From the NCBI RefSeq assembly GCF_009914755.1, contig NC_060937.1: a stretch of 64,000 bases of DNA, one strand, 5' to 3'. This DNA is from the human T2T-CHM13v2.0 reference genome, Homo sapiens. Within the stretch, counting starts at the first letter, position 1, and every line of letters begins with the position of its first letter. Below the pieces are notes generated by a model. The model saw only the letters and a list, made by a program, of their open reading frames with translations, did no database searches and had not been told where the DNA came from. Positions 18,562-30,970 of this stretch are shown piece by piece. The position numbers and the translations under genes are program-made.

Positions 18562-19122
<561 letters not shown>

Positions 19123-21359
19123 TAGGAACCCATTTAAAAAATGCATTCCTTGTGTAAAGCCTTAGACAGATTCACCAGTTAACACGTTCTGCTGCTCTTA
19201 AGCAGAAATAACCATTGTGGTCTATTTGTTGACTGGTTTTCTTAGTAATACATACTTTTGTTAACTACGTGCATCACTGTGGTGACAGTTAATCAGACAG
19301 TTTTTGGACTTAAGATAATCATTACTTGTAAAATTACAGCAAGCTGACTTCTCATTAAAATTTCACTAATGTCTTCTCTGAGTGTTTTAAATTTGATACT
19401 TTACAAAGCATGACACTCTATTAAGCTTCCTTTCATGTTGTCCCTTGTTTTAATAGCTTCATAAAGTTTTAATATCTTTTTGCAATTAATGCGAGAAAAA
19501 GCAATGTAGAATGGTTGAACTAAAGTAAACATTCTGATGCAGTGTTTTGCCACCCCGTCCCGTTCCCACACCTCACTAACTCTCTAGAAACCAGTAATAC
19601 AAGCAAGAAAGTCTTAGAGCAAATTCTGCGAAAACATCAGGAAATCAGTGGATCCTGCATTAGGGGTCCTTGGGTTCCTGTTCTGTCATTCTACTGGTAA
19701 GGACCACCCAGAACTGGGAATGTACGGCATCTCTTTCCTTTCCTGCAAGAATTGCCCGAATGGCAATTTCCTCAGTGGCTTGTTGTGGGTGGTGGCTGGG
19801 TCTTCCCCAGGTGCAGTGGGCAGGCTAAGGCCACAGAGCTCTCTGGACCTTGTGACCAGGGGGGCAGGGAGGCAGTGCCTGTGTGGTAGTAGGGTCGGGC
19901 TCCACATCATCTATTCTGCGGAAGTGCTCCAATCTCTCCCACCCCCAGGTACTCTGGCCTCTGCCTCACACAGACATAGCCTCCTAAGATATTGCAGACT
20001 CCAGATGTGAAATGGTTTGGAACAAAAGGGAGGAAGAAGTGACAGCCTCACCAAGGCACCTGTATTCGTGCTGCCTCCTTCTCCTGCTGTGGTTTAATAA
20101 TTCAGTTGTAGGCAAAGAAAGCTGGATGGCTTTATGTCCCCAAAGGGAGTCATTCAAATTTGCAAAGCCTCTATCCCAACCCGCAGGAGTCTAAAGGTTT
20201 TCTGGACCAAATGATCTCCCTCAATTCAGATGTTATTGTTTTAATATAATGAAAAATGCAGTGACATCAGCGGCTTACAATAGCCCCCGTCATTCATCCT
20301 TTCAAGCTATGCAAGTATATTTAGTAATCAGGGAGCACAAGGCAGGCTGCTCTTTATCCAGGTTATTACAGAATTGGCAATGTTTGCTTTCTTATTACAA
20401 TTTTCCAATTAGTGGGAGAGCAATGGCAATAGGCCAGCTTGGGATCTCCAGGGAGATGCCTGAAATTTTACATGCAACTTAAAGAGATAGGAGTTATCAG
20501 GGCTGAGACTTGTGCTAATCTCCCCTTTTCACCAGGGGATTAGGTGGAGAGATGTGGATTTGTGGTTTTAATCAGAGGAGCTGCTGGAACTTTCATCATG
20601 GCCTTTGAATTGTGCCCGTGGCTCCTTCCATCCTCTGATGGAACAGGTCACTGGATCCTTCTCGTAGGATTTGAGATTATCAGGGCTTTCTGGAATTGGC
20701 AGCTGTGTGGTCGGCTGTTTCCCGCTTTGAGCCCAGTGAAAGTTTCCTCCACTCCTGCACCCCTCTGTCCCTCGGCTCCAGGCAGCCTGGCCGCCACATT
20801 CTGCCTGTGCTCATCACCTTTCCTGGAAAGCTCTCCTTACGTCCCTCTTCAGCCACCACACTTGGCCAGCTCTTCCAGTTCAAGGACAGCATCCTACACG
20901 AATCTCCTTCCGGTCAGGACTCTAGAGCACGAGCAGTCTATAAATAGGACCTCGCTTCTTAAAAAAAATTGTATGTTTTGATCAGCAGAGCAATTCATTT
21001 TAGAAAATGTTAATACAAAATATAATATATACTACTAGGTAATCATTTTTAGCCCTTTAGTGACAGTTTTCTTAGATACATATTAAGTTACTTTCCTCAC
21101 TTGGCAGTGTGCCATGAGCTTTTTCTCACATCGTTAACAATTTTTCTACAGCATAATTTTAAATGGCAGAATAACATTTTATTATACGGATATGTTGTTA
21201 CTGTTTTTAAAACTATTCTTTATTATTGGCCATTTAGGGGTTTTTTAATATCTTTCTCATATAAACTGTGCAATGATGAATGTCCTTTTACATATCTGTT
21301 ATTATTTCCTTAAGATGCATTTCTGGAAGTGGAACTGCTGAGTTAAAAAGCATTTGTGT

Positions 21360-21385
21360 AGTGTCAGGATGGTCAAGTGGTCTAA
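21360..21385 (+). pseudogene. Retroposed 5' fragment of tRNA-Leu (tailless retropseudogene)
   Basis: GTCAGGATGGTCAAGTGGTCTAA (21363-21385) vs tRNA-Leu(CAA) 5' end GTCAGGATGGCCGAGTGGTCTAA: 2 differences. Flanked by aaaaa(g/t)catttgtgt at 21345-21359 and 21384-21398. Confidence 0.75.
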
Positions 21386-21398
21386 AAATCATTTGTGT

Positions 21399-22548
21399 TG
21401 TAGGGGAGCAAAAGTAATATCTTTTCCTTACTCATTGCAAGGTTCATGGCTAATACCTATAGGGCCAAAAGGGAAAACCTTCCCCTCCACTCTCTGAAGG
21501 TTCATTGAAAATAAACTTACAATAGGCAGACTAATAAGAGAAAAAGGCATATGAAATGTATTTATGTGCATGGCCCAGGAGAATCAGGAGAATGATTACC
21601 CAGTGAGGTCCTGATGCTTATATTACCTTCTTCAGAGGGGAAGGGGAGTTGGGGGTGTAGGAACAGATAATTTTAGGAGGGAAAAATAGATTCAGGAGGC
21701 AGACATTTGCTTGTGAATGATTCTCTTTGGGAATTGAAGGGACCAAAGAACAAACCATCGTTTGGGACAAAGTTCAAAGTTCATCCGAGTTCTAGGTGTG
21801 GTATTTCATTTTTAGTCGCTTTCTCTGTGGTTTGAGTTTTAATCTTCTCTGGTTAGTAAACTTAAGGGAAAGAATCAAAGGCAATTGCCTCTCTGGGGGT
21901 CCGGTTTCTAGGCAGATAAGGGCACTTCAGAGAACAGCTCCATCCTGTGCTTGTGGAGAGACAGAGGATTGAGAGACAGGAGGCAGGGATGGGAGAGTCT
22001 GAGAGACCTTGAAGCTGCTTCTCTACTTTAGCTGTCAAGTCACCATACATGGGAGATCATTTTCTGAGCCCTAACACACCCCTATAACAAAAGGCAGATT
22101 AACAAGAGAAAAGCGTAACATGTTTATTTAACCAAAGTTTTATGTGACGCAGGAAGTCTTCAGAAATGAAAACCCAAAGACCCAGGATAAACTGTATTTT
22201 TATTTTAAGTCTGATGAAAGAAGTGGAGAGTTGTGGAGATATATGATTGGACAAAAAGGGGTATGATCTAATGGTGTTAAACTACAGGGAAGTCAGCAAG
22301 GCCTGCTTGTTCACGTTCTTCTTGGCTTCCAGGTATAGGGCAGGACAACTGTTAAATGAGGGTCTTACCATCTACTTTCAGGGGAGAGAAGTCAGACAAT
22401 TCTTCTAGGGCCATGTTTCAGGGGAGAAAGGTGAAAGAAAGTCAGAGAGTGGCCTTCTTTTTCTACAGTTTCCTCCATTTCCTTCAGCTTAAAATACTTA
22501 GTATGCCAAGGTGCCGTATTTGGGGATATTATATTCAGAGCTCTGACA
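21399..22548. mobile_element. ERV1-class solo LTR containing a second ERV1-class LTR (21458-22076)
   Basis: Outer TGTAGGGG...TGACA; inner TATAGGGCC...CCCTAACA flanked by tacc/cacc; both share ggcaga(c/t)taa(c/t)aagagaaaa. Confidence 0.7.
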
Positions 22549-22892
22549 ATATTCTGAGAGGTTTTGACCAGTTTAACCTCCTTAAATATTGCTCCAACCT
22601 CCTTAGGCCTGGCAAGGAATTATATTCTTATGGCTCCTCTCTAGCTTCACCTGGGTAAACCTGTGAGTTCCTGAAGGGCAAGAACCACACCCCCTCTTTT
22701 TGTCGCTACACTGCATATTGGGGACTAAGTCTCTTGTCCATGTCCAGCTAATCAAAGTTGGGACAAGAAGTGAATGAGAAACTCGCTGTTAGGGTTATGC
22801 AAAGTACAGGATCAGGTTTATTCTTGTTTACAATTTCGATACCTTTTCATCATGGATTTTTTAGGGATCAATTTTGATTTTTTAAAAAATAT

Positions 22893-23240
22893 TGTGTCTT
22901 CATCCAGTCAGGCTCTGATAACAAAATATCGTAGACTGGTGACTTATAGACAATAAATATGTATTTCTTATAGTTCTGGAGGCTGAGAAGTTCAAGAGCA
23001 AGGTGCTTGTGGATTTGGTCTCTGGTGAGGGCCTGCTTCCTCACAGGTCATTGTTTTATCCTGTATCCTCACACAGCAGAGTGGGCAAAGGAACTCTTTT
23101 GGTCTCTTTTACAAGGACACTAATCCCATTCATGAGGGCTCTGCCTCCTAACCACCTCTCCATCTCCTCTAATCCTTGGGGGTTAGGATTTTAACACACA
23201 CATTTGGGAAGGGGGAATATAAACATTCATCCATTGCATA
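22893..23240 (-). mobile_element. MLT1A/MST-like MaLR LTR
   Basis: ataacaaaata...agttctggaggctgagaagttcaag...tctggtgagggcctgcttcc...cactaatcccattcatgagggc. Confidence 0.7.
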
Positions 23241-24033
23241 TTGCATTGAAATATTATTTATCTCAATTTATCTTGATGACAACTCTTTGATATTCCCTTA
23301 CATTTTGTGCCTGAAGCAAGTGGCTCACTTTTCTTACAGTATTCCTGGCCCTATGCCAGCTTGCAAGGCCTTCTCTAGTTCACTGCCACCTGCAATCCAT
23401 TATTTTGCCTGTTTTGTCCTGCATGAGCTGAGCAGTTGGCCACTGAGGCCACTGAGCAGTTGGCCATGTGTCTCTGGTCCTCTTTCAGTAAATGTGTCCC
23501 AACCCTCATAGATGCATGTCATGAAAATGATGACTCTGAGGTTGAGCTCAACTTTTGCCCCACATGTCACTCCCCTACTGAGTGTCTGATGCCTCTGGGA
23601 GGGGAATGACTGGTTTAGGGCAAATAATTGGGACAACACTTCTTGGTTTAGGGCTTTGCATGAACAGGGTTAAATTTGAGCTGGAGATTCAGTAACATCC
23701 CAGCAACCCTCTCTTCTTCCTCCTCCTTCTTTCTAAATCCTACAGGCAACCTCCCTCATGGTCTCAATAACTTTGAATCTTTCATTTAATTATTATTTCA
23801 TTTAACAATAATCACCACTGTTACTGAGCACTTAACATATGCTCCAAAGAACACAGCCAGGAAGGGATGAAATCTTCATTTAAACTCAAGACACCTGGGC
23901 ATGGCAAAATGATTACAAACCCTAACCCTCAGTTCAACCTACTGCATTCAAACTGCATTCAAAATCTAATTTGGCCATTTTCAAACTGGGTGACTTTGGG
24001 GAAATTGCTTAAGGCTCCCTAAGCCTTACTTCC

Positions 24034-24417
24034 TGTATTACTCCGATTTCATACTGCTGTAAAGAACTGTCTGAAACTGGGTAGTTTATACAGGAAAGAG
24101 GTTTAATTGACACAGTTCTGCATGGCTGGGGAGTCCTCAGGAAACTTACAATCATGGAAGAAGGCAAAAAGGAAGCAAAGCACCTCCTTCACAAGGCAGC
24201 AGGAAGGAGTAAGTGCCAAGCAAAGGGGGAAGAGCCCCTTATAAAACCATCAGATCTTATGGAAACTCACTAACTATCACAAGAACAGCATGGGGGAAAC
24301 CACCCCCATGATTCAATTATCTCCATCTGGTCTCTCCTTTGAAATGAGATTACAAGGATTACGGGGATTACAATTCAAGATGAGATTTGGGTGGGGACAC
24401 AAAGCCTAACCATATCA
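24034..24417 (-). mobile_element. THE1-family MaLR solo LTR (THE1C/D-like)
   Basis: tgtatta...aggtttaattgacacagttc...catggctgggga...cttacaatcatgg...gagatttgggtggggacaca...ccatatca is the reverse complement of the THE1 LTR. Confidence 0.85.
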
Positions 24418-24479
24418 CTCATTTCCTTCCTTCCTTTCTTTCTCTCTCTCTCGATCTTTCTTTCTTTCAAGACAGGGTC

Positions 24480-24921
24480 CATATTAGTCAGGGTTTTCTA
24501 AAGGGAGAGAACTAATGGAATATATATATATATATGTGTGAGTTTATTAAGTATTAACTCACATTATCACAAGGTCCCACAATAGGCCATCTACAGGCTG
24601 AGGATCAAGGAGAGCCAGCCTGAGTTCCAAAACTGAAGAACTTGGAGTCCGACGTTCAAGGGCAGGAAGCATCCAGCATGGGAGAAAGATGTAGGCTGGG
24701 AGGCTAGGCCAGTCTCTCTTTTTTCATGTTTCTGCCTGCTCATATTCTAGCCATGCTGGCAGCTGATTAGATTGTGCCTACCCAGATAAAGTGTGGGTCT
24801 GCCTTTCCCAGCCCACTGACTCAAATGTTAATCCCCTTTGGCAACACCCTCACAGACACACCCAGGGAATACTTTTTATCCTTCAATCCAATCAAGTTGA
24901 CACTCAGTATTAACCATCACA
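24480..24921 (-). mobile_element. HERV-L 3' LTR (MLT2A, 442 bp)
   Basis: Minus strand begins TGTGATGGTTAATACTGAGTGTCAAC, preceded by purine-rich AAGGGGTGGACT (PPT-like); homologous to 30551-30970. Confidence 0.9.
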
Positions 24922-25272
24922 AGTCCACCCCTTGTCAACTTGAATCCATACACATCTTTTGAGATCATACATAATCTTCAAATAAAGACAATAATAAGGT
25001 CATAATTACACCTAACATAATAAAACTATCCTTCGTACAACCAGAAACATACCAATCCCCAAACCAAATCCTATTACATAATGTTAACAATACTTAAATG
25101 CTGATGTGAAGTCAATAAATCTGGGTCACAGGATAAAGGAGAAAGGAAATAAAATGAAGACATTTTCTTAGTACAAGTGTATACATGTACAAACATGTTT
25201 TTAACAAAAGAAGGAGGAAATATATGACAATTACAGTTCTCGTTTCTGCAGCTGGTCACGTGGTCGTAGCTG

Positions 25273-25740
25273 CTATTTATGACTACCTTCTTCTACTACC
25301 CATTCTGTATTCCCTTTGCCTTCAGCAAGCACCTCAGCAGGTTGTGGTTTTTTCCCAGGTGAAGTGACCCAAATCTTCATTCCTGAAGGCTCTGGATTAT
25401 CTGTAGTCCTTCCTGGATCAGGCTGTTGTAGTTTCCCATTGACCTTAATCACAGGGCATGGTAATACTAAGAGATGCCCTAACGGATCTCCTGTTTTGCA
25501 TGTGTACTGTTCCTTACCTCTGTTGTGGAGTTGTAGACTGATTTCATCTTGATAGTCTGGGTCAATCACCCCAGTCAACACTGTAACTCCCTTCTTAGCC
25601 TGTTGACTTAAAGGTAGGAGGAGCCCAAAATGTCCAGGTGGCAATCTTAACTTCCAGTTTAATGGAATTGTTGTTGTGTGTGTCTCCTGGTGGCAGCGTT
25701 CCTGCCTCTGGAACTAAGACCTCTAGGCCAACAGGATGTA
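25273..25740 (-). pseudogene. HERV-L dUTPase, frameshifted
   Basis: PPGHFGLLLP...GVTVLTGVIDPDYQDEISL (dUTPase motif III region) located after integrase, the ERV-L-specific position. Confidence 0.88.
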
Positions 25741-25799
25741 ATGTCGCGGGAACAGGAAGCAAAAATTTTGCTAGTGGATCACTAGGGGTGATGGTGAGT

Positions 25800-28365
25800 G
25801 GTGCCATCTCTACTTCTACCCCTTGATTCCTGGAACCATGAATCCTGGCTATGGGAAAAACAATACCATATATTGGATGTTGATGCAGAGCATACATGGC
25901 CTTCTGGAGGACTTTGCCCCAGCCCTGCAAAGTATTGTCACCTAGTCGGCATTGTAATCATGACTTGAATAGGCCATTCTACTGTTCTAACAATCCAGCT
26001 GCTTCAGGATGATGGGGAACATGGTAAGACCAGTGAATTCCATAAGCACGAGCCCACTGCTGCACTTCTTTAGCTGTGAAGTGAGTGCCTTGGTCAGAGG
26101 CAATGCTGTGTGGAATACCATGACAGTGGACAAAGCATTCCATGAGTCCACGGATGGTAGTCTTGGCAGAAGCATTGTGGGCAGCATAGGCAAACCCATA
26201 TCTGGAGTAGGCATCTATTCCAGTGAGGACAAACTTCTGCCATTTCCATGATGGAAGAGGTCCAATATAATCAACCTGCCACCAGGTAGCTAGCTGATCA
26301 CTCCAAGGAATGGTGCCATATCGAGGGCTCAGTGTTGGTCTCTGCTGCTGGCAAATTGGGCACTCAGTAGTGGCTCTAGCCTTGACAAGTGGAAGTCCAT
26401 GTTGCTGAGCCCATGCATAACCTCCATCTCTGCCACCACGGCCACTTTGTTCATGGGCCCATTGAGCAATGACAGGGGTGGCTGGGGAAAGAGGCTGAGT
26501 GGTGTCTACAGAATGGGTCATCCTATCCACTTGATTATTAAAATTCTCCTTTGCTGAGGTCACCTGTCGGTGAGCACTCACATGGGATGCAAATATCTTT
26601 ACAGTTTTTGACCACTCAGAGAGGTCCATCCACATACCTCTTTACCAAATTCCTTTGTCACCAATTTTCCAATCATGCTTCTTCCAAGTCCCTGACCATC
26701 CAGCCAAACCGTTGGCTATAGCTCATGAATCAGTATATAATTGCACATCTGGCCATTTCTCCTTCCCTGCAAAGTGCACAATCAGGTGTACTGCTCAAAG
26801 TTCTGCCCACTGGGAAGATTTTCTGTCACCACTGTCCTTTAGAAATGTCCTAGAAAAAGGGACTATAGTGCTGCAGCTGTCCACTTTTGGGTGGTGCCTG
26901 CGTAATGTGCAGAAACATCTGTGAACCAGAACCTAGTCTTCTCTTCCTCTGTCAATTGATCATAGGGCATAGGGAACTCCCCATGAGGCCATTGGTGCAG
27001 GCTGGGGGAGAGAAGGCAGTGTGGCAGGAGTGAAGACCATGGACATTTGAGCCACTTCCTCGTGTAACTTACTTGTGCCTTCACGACTTGCTCAAGCCCG
27101 ATCCCATATATACCACTTCCATGTGATGACGGAATGCTGCTGTGCACAACCGGCTTTATGGCTAGATGGGTCAGAAAGCACCCAGTTCATGATGGGCAGT
27201 TCAGGTCGCATGGTGACTTGATGACCCATAGTCAAACGTTCAGTTTCCACCAAAGCCCAGTAATAGGCCAAGAGCTGTCTCTCAAGAGGAGAGTAGTTAT
27301 CTGCAGAAGATGACAGGGCCTTGCTCCAAAATCCTAGAGGCCTCTGCTGTGATTCACCTATGAGGGCCTGCCAAAGGCTCCAAACAGCATCCCTATCTGA
27401 CACCTCAAACACCATTGGATCTGCTGGGTCATATGGCCTAAGTGGCAGAGCAGCTTGCACAGCAGCCAGGACTTGTTGCAGAGCCTTCTCCTGTTCTGGA
27501 ACCCACTCAAAACTGACAGCCTTTAAGTTCACTTGATAAATGGGGCAGAGTAACACACCCAAATGAGGAATGTGTTGCCTCCAAAATCCAGTTAGGCCCA
27601 CTAGGCATTGTGCCTCTTTCTTGGTTGCAGGAGGGGCTGAATGCAGCAACTTATCATTTGCCTTAGAAGGAATATCTTGACAGGCCCCACACCACTGGAC
27701 CCCTAGAATTTTACTGAGGTAAAAGCTCCCTGAGTTTTATTTGGATTTATTTCCCATCCTCTGGCATGCAAATGTCTCACCAATAAGTCCAGTGTGTTTG
27801 CTACTTCTTGCTCCCTGGATCTAATCAGCATACTGTCATCAATGTAATGGACCAGTGTGATATCTTGCAGAAGCAAAAAGTGATCAAGGTCTCTCTGAAT
27901 AAAATTATGATGCAAAGCCAGAGAGTTGATACACCCTTAGGTAGGATAGTAAAGGTGTATTGCTGGCCTTGCCAGCTAAAGGCAAATTGCTTCTGGTGGG
28001 CCTCATGGACAGGAATGGAGAAAAAGGCATTTTGCTAGGTCAGTGGCTACATACCAGGTACCAGGAGATGTGTTAATTTGCTCAAGCAATGAAACCACAT
28101 CTGGTACAGCAGCTGCAATTGGAATCACCACTTGGTTGACCTTACGATAATCCACTGTCATTCTCCAAGATCCATCTGTCTTCTGCACAGGCCAAATGGG
28201 AGAGTCGAATGGGGATGTGGTGGGAATCACCACTCCTGAATCTTTCAAGTCCTTGATGGTGACACTAATCTCTGAAATCCCTCCAGGGATGTAATATTGT
28301 TTTTTATTTACTATTTTTCTAGGTAGAGTCAGCTCTAATGGCTTCCATTTGGCCTTTCCCACCAT
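25800..28365 (-). pseudogene. HERV-L pol (RT, RNase H, integrase), disrupted
   Basis: [21 protein letters not shown] (28003..28365), LVHYIDD (27703..27915), RT connection (27092..27649), WFTD RNase H start (about 26920), integrase Zn-finger CPIC plus WQVDYIGPL and SDQG (25979..26635). Confidence 0.92.
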
Positions 28366-28379
28366 AATAGCCCTCCCCC

Positions 28380-28660
28380 TACCAGTCAGGAAGCCAATGT
28401 GGGGGTTCTGCCAGCTGCTAAGTATGTATTATGCATTCTGGCACTGGGGAAATGACCACAGGATGAGTCCGGGGACCCACTGGACCCACTGTAAGTCAGA
28501 CCTGAGCTAAAACTCCATTAATTACCTGACCTCCATAAGCCTCTACTTTAACTAGAGGACAATGATATTTTGGGTCCCCTAGAATCAAAATCAGCTCAGA
28601 CCCAGTGTCCAGTAGTTCCTGAAATGTCTGATCATTTCCTTTTCCCTAATGCACAGTTAC
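28380..28660 (-). pseudogene. HERV-L aspartic protease remnant
   Basis: Manual translation around 28571-28618 gives ELLDTGSELILILGDP (DTG catalytic motif at 28601-28609). Confidence 0.8.
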
Positions 28661-28699
28661 CCAGTAAAAGGCCAGAGGTCACCTTGGGGAAGGATGAGA

Positions 28700-30465
28700 G
28701 ACAGATTTACTGCATAAATTGTCAGTAACATAGTGGGGTCCTTCCTCGAGGAGACCCGGCCTCTCTTTCATTCAAGGGGTTCTGGGTCTGTAAACTGGCT
28801 CAAGTCTGGAAATTGATTGAGGGGTCATGATTCTCTGTTTTTATAATTCAAATTAGTCTTTTGTCCATTTGACCTGGAAGTTTTCTGCTTGTATAAATTA
28901 AGTAGAAATGCAGTAGGCTTCCTATCAATTTCAGTTCTAGGAACACCATGATTAATTAGTCAATGCCAGAGCTCTACACGAGTCAGACAATTCTGATTGC
29001 CACTTTGCCTCTTCTCTCTATTACAGTAGCTATGCCCACTTTGCCTTTGACAGTTGAGTGCCACGACTTGGCCCCTGCCACCTTGGGATCCAATTATTTC
29101 CGTTGTATTTAAATTTTATAGTTGAGTGACTGTGGTTCCCACTGTTAGATCTGACATACAGAGAAGAACAATTACAGGGCTCTTCAAAGATGCAGGTGCT
29201 GCCCTCTCAAATCTATTTCACAAAGCATTGGTCAAGGGTATATCTTCTGGACCCTCCCAGCTGGGCTGAGTAGGTCTAAAGTGACTAATCCACTCCACCA
29301 TCCCAATCTCTTTAAGCCTTTTGATCCCTTCCTCTACATTAAACCAAGGGAGATCAGGCACTTCCAGCTCTCTCACAGTGGGCCATCTTTTAATCCATAT
29401 TTCAGCTAACCAAGCAAATAAACTATTAGAACCTTTTTTAACTACCCAAGCTGCAACACTGAATGCAGAGTCTCTACTTAGTGGGCCCAAATCAATAAAT
29501 TCAGCCTGATCCAGCTCTATGTTCTTTCCACCATTATCCCACACCCTTAATATCCATTCCCATGCCTGTTCTCCAGATTTCTGTTTATATAAATTAGAAA
29601 ACTCAAGCAGTTGTTTTTTGTGTGTAGCACACCTCCTCATGGGCCACACTTTCAACCTCACCTCTAGGGGCCCACTGGGACTTTAGTCTAGTTATAGATC
29701 TAGAAGCAAACAGGGGTGTTGGGGCAGCTCCTGAGGAGAATTGAGATTATCTTGCCTGGCAATTGCCTCAGGGGAGGCCATCACCATTGCCTCAGGCAGA
29801 ACAGGGTTTATCTTCTCAAAGGTGGAAAGGCTGATGGCAGCATAGGTCAGGGAAGGTATGTTGCCACTACTGGGGATGGGGAAGCTGTTCCTTCTGGCAA
29901 AAAAGGTAATCAGAATTTACAAACTCAGCATCCCCAGCTTCATCAGGGTCCTCCCACATGCCCCCATTCCAAGTTGCAGGATCCCATTCTTTTCCAATCA
30001 ATGCCCTCACTTTAACAGTAGGCACCTGGAGATGCAGGTGCATGCACCTATCATTGCAGGTCAGCCACTTGCAAGATAAGAGCTTGTGTCTGTTTTTCCA
30101 CAATTTCGGCTCTTTCTCTACAGGAGATAAGACTCTCACTCAGGGCAATCTTAGCAGATTTGAGGCTCAGTATCTGCTTCTGAAGCCAGGAAATAGAATC
30201 CCTGAGTTCATCATTTTCTTTCATCACTTTGTCCACTGAACTTAGGAGCAACAAACCAGGTTCATTGTGTTCCTTGGTTCTCCACATATGGTCAAATGTA
30301 TTATGTATAGTCACTAAACTCCTTGCCTCTCATAAGCAATGAATCAGGAGTATCAAATGCTTTTATTTTACATAATTCTCTGAACAGTTCAGGCCAAGGA
30401 CTATCAGTGTTCTCTGTACTATTAGAAATAGGGTCCTTAGCATTTTTGGGTCTAATCATATTAAG
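28700..30465 (-). pseudogene. HERV-L gag, disrupted
   Basis: Fragments 30301..30549, 30051..30314 (coiled-coil-like), 29867..30139 (VKVRALIGKEWDPATWNG) and 29218..29661 (QKSGEQAWEWILRVWDNGG) are ERVL gag-like and split by frameshifts/stops. Confidence 0.85.
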
Positions 30466-30528
30466 CAGCCACTTCAGAAACCCCAAAGCCAATGAAAGAA
30501 CTCCATCCTTAATATTCTGTTCCTCTAG

Positions 30529-30545
30529 AACCACTCCTGTTACCA
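30529..30545 (-). promoter_or_regulatory. Primer-binding site complementary to the tRNA-Leu 3' end
   Basis: Minus strand TGGTAACAGGAGTGG just 3' of the 5' LTR; it has one mismatch to the complement of tRNA-Leu(UAA) ...CCACTCCTGGTACCA. Confidence 0.85.
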
Positions 30546-30550
30546 ACATC

Positions 30551-30970
30551 TGTATTAGGGCTCTCTAGAGGGACAGAATTAATGGAATACATATGGGAGT
30601 TTATTAAGTATTAACTCACACGATCACAAGGTCCCACAGTATGCTGTCTGCAGGCTGAAGAGAAAGGAGAGCCAGCCTGAGTTCCAAAACTGAAGAACTT
30701 GGCGTCCGATGTTTGAGGGCAGGAAGCATCAAGCACAGGATAAAGATGTAGGCACAGAGGCTCTCTTTTTTCATTTTTCTGCCTGCTTATATTCTAGCCA
30801 TGCTGGCCGCTGATTAGATTGTGCCCACCCAGATTAAGGGTGGGTCTGCCTTTCCCAGCCCTCTGACTCAAATGTTAATCTCCTTTGAAAACATCCTCAG
30901 GGACACACCCAGGATCAATACTTTTTATCCTTCAATCCAATCAAGTTGACACTCAGTATTAACCATTGTA
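30551..30970 (-). mobile_element. HERV-L 5' LTR (MLT2A, length suggests MLT2A1)
   Basis: Minus strand begins ...ATGGTTAATACTGAGTGTCAACTTGATTGGATTGAAGGAT (MLT2A start) and ends ...TAATACA just before the PBS. Confidence 0.9.

Larger units (their letters stand above)
24480..30970 (-). mobile_element. Full-length HERV-L (ERVL) provirus with two MLT2A-type LTRs
   Basis: Two homologous LTRs, about 5.6 kb internal region with gag, protease, RT, RNase H, integrase and dUTPase fragments and no env; 5-bp TSD GGGTC at 24475-24479 and 30971-30975. Confidence 0.95.

Noticed and set aside
23429-23466. Local duplication tgagcagttggcca x2
   Set aside because: Small slippage duplication with no evidence of function.
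25979-26635. 218-aa integrase ORF as a possible domesticated gene
   Set aside because: It stops right after the catalytic Glu region, the second His of the HHCC motif appears to be Arg, and neighbouring frames are all broken.
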